Shown here: positions 45,677 through 56,400 of the stretch, in pieces
Layout of the letters: every line of letters begins with the position of its first letter
How positions within the stretch are numbered: the first letter of the stretch is position 1
Assembly (NCBI GenBank): GCA_004764695.1
Contig: SMSO01000014.1
Coordinates: 4,412,845-4,476,844 of the forward strand
DNA: 64,000 nucleotides
DNA from: Schizochytrium sp. TIO01
Taxonomy: Eukaryota > Protista > Bigyra: Labyrinthulomycetes
Direction of reading: 5' to 3'
Notes under the pieces: generated by a model
Databases searched by the model: none
What the model was told of the DNA's origin: nothing
What the model saw: only the letters and a program-made list of their open reading frames with translations
Made by a program: the position numbers and the translations under genes

Positions 45677-47554
45677 TCATGATGGTGAATTGCGAAGTTT
45701 CTGGCGGCACTGGTGTAGGCAGGCACTTGTTTCCGCAATATCTGGGTGATGGATTTCCAGTGTCTCGATTTGTAGATTTGATGCCTGCTGGAAATAATCA
45801 ATAGCTTCAGACCAGAAGCCCTGATCACTATATACCAAACCAATATTATGAAGAGTTTTTGCTACAAGAGGATGGTGCGGGCCGTATGCTTGCTTGAAAA
45901 TATCCATGGCATTTTTGAAGTAGGTTATTGCGTCTTCGTAAGAGCCTTCCTTACGAAGCACATTTCCAATATTGTTGAATGCAAGAGCAACATCAGGGTG
46001 GTCGGGGCCATAGGAGGCTTCTGTGATGGTCTTGGCTTCCTCAAAGAGTTTGCGAGCATCTTCATAACGGTCTTGTGCTTGATAAATAAAAGCAATATTA
46101 TTGAGCGTTTCTGCAATGCTGACATCGTCTTCGTTTAAAACCTCTTGACGAATGACAAGTGCCTCTGAGAAGTTCTGTAAAGCTTCTTCATAATCTTGGC
46201 GAGCGGAGAGGAGATGCCCAATGTTATTTAAAGTCGAAGCTACCTTAGCATCTTTCGGACCCAAGGTGTCCCGAACAATTCCCAGAGCTTCCTCATAGTG
46301 TGCTAGTGCCTCATCAAGCTCACCAAGAGACTCATAGGCACCACCTATATTATTTAGTGTGTTGGCAATATATTCATGTTCTGGTCCTACACTGTCTTGA
46401 AGGAGCTTAAGGGCCTCGTCGTATAGCTGCAGTGCGTCATGGTAATAGCCTTGTCTTTGACGAAGGTAGCCTGTTTGTGAAAATACTTGAGCTACATAAA
46501 CTTCGTCAGAGCCATCCTTTTGCGCTTTAGAAATTGCATCACGACCCACTTGCACGAACCAGCTACAGACTTGATCGGTGATGATCTCGTTAAGAACATT
46601 AAATCCTCCACCTATGGATCGCTCAATTGCAAAGTCAATCATCTCTTTATCATCAGGTTTCCTGCATTGAGCTTTACGCATGTCTGGGTAATTTGTGCAA
46701 ACCTTGTAAACCACCTCTGCATCATCAAGCAGCTGTTTTAGGTATTTTTCTTCCTGGCCCGGGGCTAGAAGCGCTTGCATAGGTTGGGTGCTTGTTGTGG
46801 CTCCATAGATCTCCCAAACACACCAAGCCCTTCCGAGTGGGGCAGGTGCATCCCACTGGTTAATCAATATCAATGAACCATCAAATCGAGCTATGGCTTC
46901 ACGTAAACCCTCGGTCAGGATTTCTTCCCGCAAGCCCTGAATATCAGGCCTAGGCCTTTCTGAGCTTGTTAAAAGAACCTGATTTGAGCAAAAAACGTCA
47001 AGCCAGATAAACTGGGCTTCGAGATGCAGGGCTCTCTCCTCGGCGTAGTCTACTAAAGCTTGGACAAGGTCAGCAAATCGGCACTCATGAGCATGGCTAA
47101 GATAGAGGCCCTCATAAGCTTCGCCAATGTCGTCGTGCGGGATAAGCTTTGTATAGAACTGCTCTCCTTGCTCAAGCCCTGTAGTCGCTGGCAGCACAAT
47201 AAATTGTGTGATGTCCTCTGTTGTCCAGTCTTCACGAGGCTTCTCTTGAGCATCTTCACATGTAAAAATCACCACATCTCCGGTATAGGCAACACGTCCT
47301 TCAAACCTATCGTCAAACTCCTTGACAAGTTTGATCGTTCTGCCTTGTTTCACAGAGGCATCAATGTCTCTTGTAGCCACAAAGAGTCGCACGCCTGGTG
47401 CTAGAAGGTCCTCCTGCACCTCCACGAGAAATCTGCGTAGAAAACTCACGCTTACGCCTTCGTATCGTACCAGAGACCTCTCCACATCTTCAACACTTGG
47501 CGCAATCTTTGACGCACTAAAAAAGCTCCCGCTCTTGCGTCTTGCCACCTGCAT
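45677..47554 (-). CDS. HET-like (TIR-related) domain plus kinesin-light-chain-type TPR repeat protein
   Basis: LSH.H...F...FIWLDVFCSNQ and PLGRAWCVWEI motifs, followed by about 6 42-aa TPRs (e.g. GPDHPDVALAFNNIG...YEDA). Confidence 0.8.
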   Translation of the reverse strand: MQVARRKSGSFFSASKIAPSVEDVERSLVRYEGVSVSFLRRFLVEVQEDLLAPGVRLFVATRDIDASVKQGRTIKLVKEFDDRFEGRVAYTGDVVIFTCEDAQEKPREDWTTEDITQFIVLPATTGLEQGEQFYTKLIPHDDIGEAYEGLYLSHAHECRFADLVQALVDYAEERALHLEAQFIWLDVFCSNQVLLTSSERPRPDIQGLREEILTEGLREAIARFDGSLILINQWDAPAPLGRAWCVWEIYGATTSTQPMQALLAPGQEEKYLKQLLDDAEVVYKVCTNYPDMRKAQCRKPDDKEMIDFAIERSIGGGFNVLNEIITDQVCSWFVQVGRDAISKAQKDGSDEVYVAQVFSQTGYLRQRQGYYHDALQLYDEALKLLQDSVGPEHEYIANTLNNIGGAYESLGELDEALAHYEEALGIVRDTLGPKDAKVASTLNNIGHLLSARQDYEEALQNFSEALVIRQEVLNEDDVSIAETLNNIAFIYQAQDRYEDARKLFEEAKTITEASYGPDHPDVALAFNNIGNVLRKEGSYEDAITYFKNAMDIFKQAYGPHHPLVAKTLHNIGLVYSDQGFWSEAIDYFQQASNLQIETLEIHHPDIAETSACLHQCRQKLRNSPS

Positions 47555-49049
47555 CGTGGCTACACCGATCGATATCTAAGCACCCACCAGCCCAACTTGT
47601 CCTCGAAGCCCAGTCGTTGTGTCTTGTTGCCAACGTCAATTTCTGGTTTGTTGCACTCTCGGACGCTCCCCCGCTCGTTGCTATGCCCCTGCGAGCTTTC
47701 CAGCAATAAATTGCCACATGTAGTACTGCTCTCTTGATTTATACCTGAGGCTTTTTTTCGAGCACGGTGGTGTCTAGATCACTGCCCCTACTAGTACTCA
47801 GACTCAGGACTGCCTGAAGTTGGAATATGGTAGTACTAGAAGAGAAATTGTAATTGCGTAAAAAATGACTGGAAGTAGTCCGATTCTGGTATTTCTATCA
47901 CAAGCGCACACGTATCGCACACCTTCCTCTGAAAGAGGGAGGTCTCGAGAGACCGCTGGAACAAGTATTGATCGGTACATCATTATTTAGTTGATTTTCT
48001 GTCAACTGGTATCAACCAGAGTATGGAGGATAAATCAGCAAAGACACGCGTGAGTATTGTAGAGGAGCCTGACTTGCAATTGAAACTCATCCTCGTTTTG
48101 TTTTGATGAAAAAATGAGTTCGAGCTTCTGTGACCTGAGAAATGAGGAACGCAGACGATAAAATATCTTTGCTTAGTAGAACCGAACGCTTTCATCTTTG
48201 TGAAATCAAACACTTTTTGGTATTAATAGGTGAGGTTATGGTTGTTGATGGACCAATGATGATATTTCCGGCTTCTGAAGCTCCGGTAATATTGGTAAAT
48301 CGGCATGTGCAGAGCATTTACGTGGCCAAACATGTATTATTGATGACCTAGACAGCCATAATGACTGCATTGAAGTCCTCATTACCCAAAACTTTATTGT
48401 AAGACAGTTTTGCCATGTTACCTTTTTTTGAAAATCTTGCTCAAGTTGGATACCATGTTGACTTTAGCTGCTTGGATGGGTGCTGAAGAGAATGTACGTA
48501 CCTTTTGAATCACTGCAGGTCAAACTCGGCGATTCTAATGTGATCTGATTTTCCAATGTCCACGCCCTCTGCTGAGACCTCTGTCAAGTACAATGCGGTT
48601 GCGCACTCCCCAATGTCGTATGCACTGTAGTGCTCATGATTAATGTGCATCTGTACAGACATATGAGCAATAAAAACAAGCAAATTGCTCGAAGCGTTAG
48701 AATAACTTTTAGAAGAAAGAACTGAAAAGACGCCACGTTTGCTCACTTCTAAGTCAGCCTACTATGGCGAAAAATTTATCCCGAGTGAAGCCTTGCCATA
48801 TAACACACTCTGTTTCTGGGCAGACGTTTTTGTACAGTTCAAAGTGCTAAAGCTATTCTCTGGCAGCTAGAGGTCGACTGGGAATATTTCAAAGAGAAAC
48901 TCTAAAGCTTACGCATTCCTTTGCCAGTTGTACACAAGCGACTCGATAAAATGAATTGAACATTGATTCATCTATCTAAATCTAGTGCCGATGATATCAG
49001 ATGGAAGAGGTTGTGGAAGCTGTGGTCCTATTACATCTTGAAAACTTCA

Positions 49050-50110
49050 GTCTTGAATGTTTTCATCTCAGTACGAACACAGACGCTCCGCACATATCTC
49101 ACGAACTTGCTCAAACGAACCAGGGGAAGATGGATCTTAACCACGTTTTCGTTTGCAGGTGTTTACAGGAACGTAGCAATCATTCTTTGAGTTATATATC
49201 TAAGCACAAAAGAGGTTTCCACATTCCACCGCACAGCATCCTTCAAATCGATTGAGACAATTATCGCTGGTAAAACAACATGCATTTAGAATCCCCTCTT
49301 GGGCATGCATCAAATTCCGCTGCGCGTCACGAACCAGTCCATCTGCTTTTCAAACTTCTTTCATTCGCCGTCGGAATTTTTGTTCGGCCGAATAGCTGTT
49401 CTAATTTCTAATTTTATCTTCGCATTTAACAAAAGATAATTCAGATTGTTCGGGACAAGGCAAATAGTCTCTCAACCCGTGATTCCTTCATCGCACCCAC
49501 GCTCCACACGCACACCATTGTTTCATCGCAGGTTACAAAGATGGAAGACTATCGTTGCGCAGCAGCTTCTACGGATTCAATAATACAGTCTCGGCATGAA
49601 AGCTGTCCCTTCTCACAGCTTGTGCCTTTAGAAATCGTCATCTTCTTCTTATACACAAGGCATTTCTCTTCAGGATTAACAGCAGCTCCAAAAGATTCGC
49701 GCTGAATTGCTCACGAGCACTCAGACGCTGACCAGGGTTTTGAGCTTTCAACGTTTTGATGAGTTTCTGGATTGAACCGTTTGGCGCAGAGTACAGGTCC
49801 TCTACGACCACACCTACGGAGTACATATCCATTGCAGTTTCGAACTTTGTCACACGGCGATCCCGCAAGTCGGGAGCAATGTACCGAGGTGTTGCCCGTA
49901 ATCTGCGACTTTAATACCATCGAACTTTTTTACCAAGCAAGGCTGTCCAATTACTTGTAAGGAATATGTTCTCGGGCTGGATATTACATTGCACAATGCT
50001 GTGCAAGGTAGAATTGCGATACTAACAAGTAAGCCATGTTGAGTCTATTGCCAGATATTTTGCTTTCGTTGATTTGTGAATCCACTTTGCCAAGTCGCCT
50101 TGCTCGTCTG
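49050..50110 (-). pseudogene. Decayed paralogous copy of the kinase-RING/Rcat 3' part of the neighbouring gene
   Basis: 49560-49900 aligns by eye with 51067-51400 (RV.KFETAMDMYSVGVV.EDLY..PN.SIQKLIKTLKAQNP.QRLSARE). 50082-50107 matches 51610-51635, and 49080-49260 retains RFEGCCAVECGN and SFEQVRE. Frameshifts, stops and deletions occur throughout. Confidence 0.85.
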
Positions 50111-50422
50111 GAGATTTCATATTCAAAAATCCCGCAGTTCTATGATTCCATATCAACAATATACTACTGGAGCCAAAATCAAGTTTATCAGGTGGCAAGG
50201 TATGCTACCTTCGTCTCTCTAAAAGATATTTGCATTAAAGTTTACCAATATTACAGGGAGATTTTAAAAGGGTCCTACGTAGGGACTTCTTAGCTGAGGT
50301 AACTTTAACAACAGCACAATAGATTTGCACCAAAACCACACTTATGGCAAAAAGTTAGTCCATCAGATCTTAAAAATCAAGCTTGAAGCAATTTTTAAAA
50401 ATTAAATTAAAATTTGATAAAC

Positions 50423-53400
50423 TTATTTCAATCGACTTAACCTAAACCTAGTGCCTACCACTCCAGATTTTAGCAGTGGTTTGAGCTGCTCTCGCAGAGT
50501 ATTTGGAAGACCTCTGTCCTTAACATTCTCATTCCAGTACTTAACAAGACGATCTGCGCGCAGCTCATCCCACGCCTCTCGAACCTGCTCGAATGAGTCA
50601 GGGAAATACGGATCTTTACAACGTCGTTTTGAGCAAGTTCTCACATGTTCATGACAAGCTTCACCGTTTTGTGAACTAAACGATAGACACCAAGCACAAA
50701 AGTGATGTCCACATTCGCGATTTCCACATTTCACAGCACAACAATCATCAAATCGATCAATGCAAAAATGACAGCTCGGGCAGAACACATTAAAGATTTT
50801 CTCCTGTATGTGCTGTAGATGACGCTGTACATCGCGACTCTGTCCATCCATCTGTACAAGATCTGCCACGCGCCTTTGAATTTCTTGTTCAGTTCTAATT
50901 GCTGCTTCACTTTCTGCTTTCCTCTTCGCAATCACCAAGAGATGATTCAGCGCCTTAGGCGCAAGCCGAATGATCGCTTGACCCGTGATTCTTCCAGCAC
51001 ACTCATGCTCCATGCATTTCATCGTTCCATCACCGCCAACAAATACGGAAGTCTGTGGTTGCGTGGCAGCTTCTACGGATTTTGCAATACAGCATCGGCA
51101 CAGAAAGTGTCCCTTCTCACAGCTTGTGCCCTCAGAAGCCAGAATCTCCTCCATACACACATGGCATTTCTCTTCAGGATCAACAGCAGCTCCGAATGCT
51201 TCGTGACAAAGTGCTTCACGAGCACTCAGACGCTGAGCAGGATTTTGCGCTTTCAACGTTTTGATGAGTTTCTGAATTGAACTGTTTGGCACAGGATACA
51301 GGTCCTCTAAGACCACACCCACGGAGTACATGTCCATTGCAGTTTCGAACTTTGACACACGGCCGTCCCGCAACTCGGGAGCAATGTACCGAGGCGTTGC
51401 CTGAAATGAGGTGTACGTTGCAGTGCAATTTGCTATCTTGATGCCATCGAAATCCCCAAGCAAGGGTGTCCCATTGCTTGTAAGAAATATGTTCTCGGGT
51501 TTGATATCACAGTGCACGATGCCGTGCAAATGTAGAGCTGCCATGCCATAAAGAAGGCCCATGGCGAGTCGATCGCGAGATGCTTTGCCTTCATTAGGAT
51601 GTTCCTGGATCCACTTTGCCAAGTCGCCATGCTCGTAATAAGGCATGACGATACAACCCCATGGCATTCCATGCATAGTGTCTACAAAAGCACCAGTAAT
51701 TCGAATCACGTTCTGTGACACCACGTTTCCCATTTTAGCGACTTGTTTGTAGAACGCCTTGGAATTACTTGCATGTCCGAGTTGAAACTGTTTCAAAACC
51801 AAAGTTCTGCCGTCGTTATCAAGAACTCGTTGTACTTTTTTGCCGCCTCTCGAGGCCAGCGGCTCGCCAACAGACTTGAAGTCCATAATTTTGATATTCG
51901 GCAGCCACAGATCAGCACAGGCCACTTCAAGAACACCTGCTGCACTCACATGTATACTTTTAAGCCAGTTTTGATCTTGCAATAGCTCTGGATAATGTTC
52001 TTTTGCGAGATGCAGTGTTTCAGCAAGCTTATGACGAAAGGCTTTACTCAGCTCGATAGGGGTGCCTTGAGAGAGGATGGATTCCATTTTCTTGACTCGA
52101 CCTCTGTAATGCTTCCTATCTTTCTCCTCTAAACCTTCTGACTCAAGCTCTTCCTTAGCTCTTTTCAAACTCCCCATTGCATTACTGGAACGAGTCAGTT
52201 TATCGTATAAATCTCGAAGTGATTGGACGTTGGGCGTATTTGAGCCCAAACGTAGATATTCGTCCAATTCTTGAATGTCTTTTGACACAAGTACTGCGTT
52301 TAACATGATATTTTCAGAGTAGCGTTCGAAACGGTTGAATGCCGAGCTCATTGTGCGAAGTATTTCTGATACTTGACCACTGAAAGTGTCTTTCTGAAGG
52401 ACTTCAAACTCTTCAAGGAGAGCATTTTTAAGCTCTAAGAGTTCTGGTTCTAGCTTCACAGCCTTTTCAGGTGCCCCGAGGGCAAGTGAAAATGTATCCC
52501 CAAGCTGTAATTCATTCATTCTATAGACAATTCTTTCAGCAGCTTCTTGGCGTCGCTGTCCAATGTTGTTTGGCCAGGTATCCGGGTTTAGGTTGTACTC
52601 ATCAATGCATTTGTTGACTCGAACAACGAGCTCTTCACAGTATCTGACATCATCTGCGCGTGGCTCATCTTCAATGACTGGTGTGACGTTTATGTCCAGA
52701 TATTCTAATAATCTTGCAAGTTTAGATTTGAATTTGTCTACTGTATCCCCATCAAATTCGTGGTTGTTAGCGCGAACGTCTTGCACAAGCGATTGTAGAT
52801 GACTCCTTTCAGCATTCCGCTGCTTAATGAGATCAGGCAAGCCATCCGAAGAGCTTCCGCGAATCTGGTCCTGAAGGGCGTCTATTCGTTGTTTGGAGTT
52901 CTGGATGCCACTGGAAGCTATCCGCAATTTCATGTGGCCAAAGTATCCCTGGATCGCTGGCCCTTTGAACTCCTCAAGTAACGTAATGCCGATCTGAAGG
53001 GAGTCTCCTCTGGCTCCGCCTCGGTTCACACGCAAGTTGTAGATTGCTTGCGCAAGTTGCACCACATCGGCGAAACTCACGCTATCCGATTGTGTTCTGA
53101 AGCAGAAACGTGAATGAGTGAGTGAGCGAAGATAGCATCACCAGCATTATCAGCACCATTAGTACGAGATAAACAAGTTAGTTGAACAATTCTTGCAAGA
53201 AAGAGTCCCCCAGCTCTTGAAAGAACATTGACCACCAAAACAAAACATATATGCCTGAAACTTACGGAGACCCATCTAAATCGTGTGCTATCGCAACAAA
53301 TTCAACGCCATCATCAGCAACGACGGTATTGTTGTCATTGACACTATCGACGTTTTCCTGCTCATTGCTGCGCTCTGCAGAACCCCCGCTTACCACATTT

Positions 53401-56400
53401 ATTGAGTCGCAGGATTTGGTATCTGAGGCATTGATGTCCTCTCCAGGGAAACATACCTTAGCGAACAGCTCTTCAGGAGTCAAACTAACAGAACTATTAA
53501 AACTGTGACACGTGGAAAATTAGAAAAGCAAACAAAGCCCTCGTTAGATCAACGATGATTGTGTGCGATGAAGCTGCCATGAAACTGCATGGAAACTCAG
53601 AAAGCTACGAATGTAAGCCCTTGCGCTAGTTGGTTGAAGCAATGGAGCAAACAGAACTTACTAGATTTGAACAAAAGGGCAGGTCTTGTGCAGAGACTTT
53701 GCGACAGCCTTAGCTCCATTATCGCTAATCTTGTCCCCACGAAGACTGTGAGTAGTAATAAGTAATAAGATCATTCGTAGTGATTACGATGCAACGTCAG
53801 TCAAATGGTTAGCCATCGAGCACTCTCTCTTTCTCAGACTGAAAATCGCAGAATTGCAGGAGACTTCCTGCTTCTGTGTTCCTTCGCTAATCGAATCCAG
53901 AGCCTAACATCCATTCTCTCATTGCAATACGATGTGCTTGAGTTCGCTTTCAGTTCTGCTTTACCCTGTTCAAGTGCTACAATTCGACTTTAGTAAACGA
54001 AGGGCTTGGCGAAAGTTATCAACAATGGTTTCTCTAATTCTCTGCTTCATCGAACAAGAAACAGCCTGAAAACCCTTTCTTGTGGATTTTTAAAACGTAC
54101 TCTAAATATATCAGGTTCTTGCATTCCGCAATTCCCTTTGCGATGGCCTTTCCACCCTCATCGCCAAACTTGCTCTCACTAAGACTGCGAATAATAATAA
54201 GAAATAAGATCATTCGTAGTGATTACGATGCAACGTCAGTCAATTAGTCAGCCATCGAGCACTCTCTCTTTCTCAGACTGAAAATCGCAGAATTGCAGGA
54301 GACTTCCTGCTTCTGTGTTCCTTCGCTAATCGAATCCAGAGCCTAACATCCATTCTCTCATTGCATTGCGACGTGCTTGAGTTCGTTTTCAGTTCTGCTT
54401 TATTCTGTTCAAGTGCTACAATTCGACTTTAGTAAACGAAGGGCTTGGCGAAAGGTAACAACGATGGTTTCTCTAATTCTCTGCTTCATCATACAAGAAA
54501 CAGCCTGAAAACCCTTTCTTGTGGATTTTTAAAACGTACTCTAAACGTGTCAGGTTCTTGCATTCCGCAATTCCCTTTGCGATGGCCTTTCCACCCTCAT
54601 CGCCAAACTTGTTCCCACCAAGACTGCGAATAATAATAAGTAATAAGATCATTCGTAGTGATTACGATGCAACGTCAGTCAATTAGTCAGCCATCGAGCA
54701 CTCTCTCTTTCTCAGACTGAAAATCGCAGAATTGCAGGAGACTTCCTGCTTCTGTGTTCCTTCGCTAATCGAATCCAGAGCCTAACATCCATTCTCTCAT
54801 TGCAATACGATGTGCTTGAGTTCGCTTTCAGTTCTGCTTTACCCTGTTCAAGTGCTACAATTCGACTTTAGTAAACGAAGGGCTTGGCGAAAGTTATCAA
54901 CAATGGTTTCTCTAATTCTCTGCTTCATCGAACAAGAAACAGCCTGAGAACCCTTTCTTGTGGATTTTTAAAACGTACGTTAAACGAGTCAGGTTCTTGC
55001 ATTCCGCAATTCCCTTTGCGATGGCCTTTCCACCCTCATCGCCAAACTTGCTCTCACTAAGACTGCGAATAATAATAAGAAATAAGATCATTCGTAGTGA
55101 TTACGATGCAACGTCAGTCAATTAGTCAGCCATCGAGCACTCTCTCTTTCTCAAACTGAAAATCGCAGAATTGCAGCAGACTTCCTGCTTCTGTGTTCCT
55201 TCGCTAATCGAATCCAGAGCCTAACATCCATTCTCTCATTGCATTGCGACGTGCTTGAGTTCGTTTTCAGTTCTGCTTTATCCTGTTCAAGTGCTACAAT
55301 TCGACTCTAGTAAACGAGGAGGGCTTGGCGAAAGGTAACAACGATGGTTTCTCTAATTCTCTGCTTCATCGAACAAGAAACAGCCTGAAAACCCTTTCTT
55401 GTGGATTTTTAAAACGTACTCTAAATATGTCAGGTTCTTGCATTCCGCAATTCCCTTTGCGATGGCCTTTGTGCCCTCATCGCCAAAGTTGTTCCAACTA
55501 AGACTGCGAATAATAATAAGTAATCAGATCATTCGTAGTGATTACGATGCAACGTCAGTCACTTAGTCAGCCATCGAGCACTCTCTCTTTCTCAAACGGA
55601 AAATCGCAGAATTGCAGAAGACTTCCTGCTTCTGTGTTCCTTCGCTAATCGAATCCAGAGCCTAACATCCATTCTCTCATTGCATTGCGACGTGCTTGAG
55701 TTCGTGTTCAGTTCTGCTTTATTCTGTTCAAGTGCTACAATTCGACTCTAGTAAACGAAGGGCTTGGCAAAAGGTATCAACAATGGTTTCTCTAATTCTC
55801 TGCTTCATCGAACAAGAAACAGCCTGAAAACCCTTTCTTGTGGATTTTTAAAACGTACGTTAAATGTGTCAGGTTCTTGCATTCCGCAATTCCCTTTGCG
55901 ATGGCCTTTCCATCCTCATCGCCAAAGTTGTTCTCACTAAGACTGCGAATAATAATAAGTAATAAGATCATTCGATGCAACGTCAGTCAAATAGTTAGCC
56001 ATTAAGCACTCTCTCTTTCTCAGACTGAAAATCGCAGAATTGCAGGAGACTTCCTGCTTCCGTGTTCCCACGCTAAACGAATCCAGAGCCTAACATCCAT
56101 TCTCTCATTGCAATGCGACGTGCTTGAGTTCGTTTTCAGTTCTGCTTTATCCTGTTCAAGTGCTACAATTCGACTCTAGTAAACGAAGGGCTTGGCGAAA
56201 GGTAACAACGATGGTTTCTCTAATTCTCTGCTTCATCGAACAAGAAACAGCCTGAAAACCCTTTCTTGTGGATTTTTAAAACGTACTCTAAATGTGTCAG
56301 GTTCTTGCATTCCGCAATTCCCTTTGCGATGGCCTTTCCACCCTCATCGCCAAAGTTGTTCTCACTAAGACTGCGAATAATAATAAGTAATAAGATCATT

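Noticed and set aside
48500-48750. Possible stray LRR-like exon (LYLTEVS..GVDIG...IAE)
   Set aside because: In-frame stop before the donor-like site and only weak resemblance; not supportable.
50423-53080. 885-aa kinase ORF as a stand-alone gene
   Set aside because: It starts at GTG 16 nt inside a phase-2 CAG acceptor that joins in frame to upstream exons.
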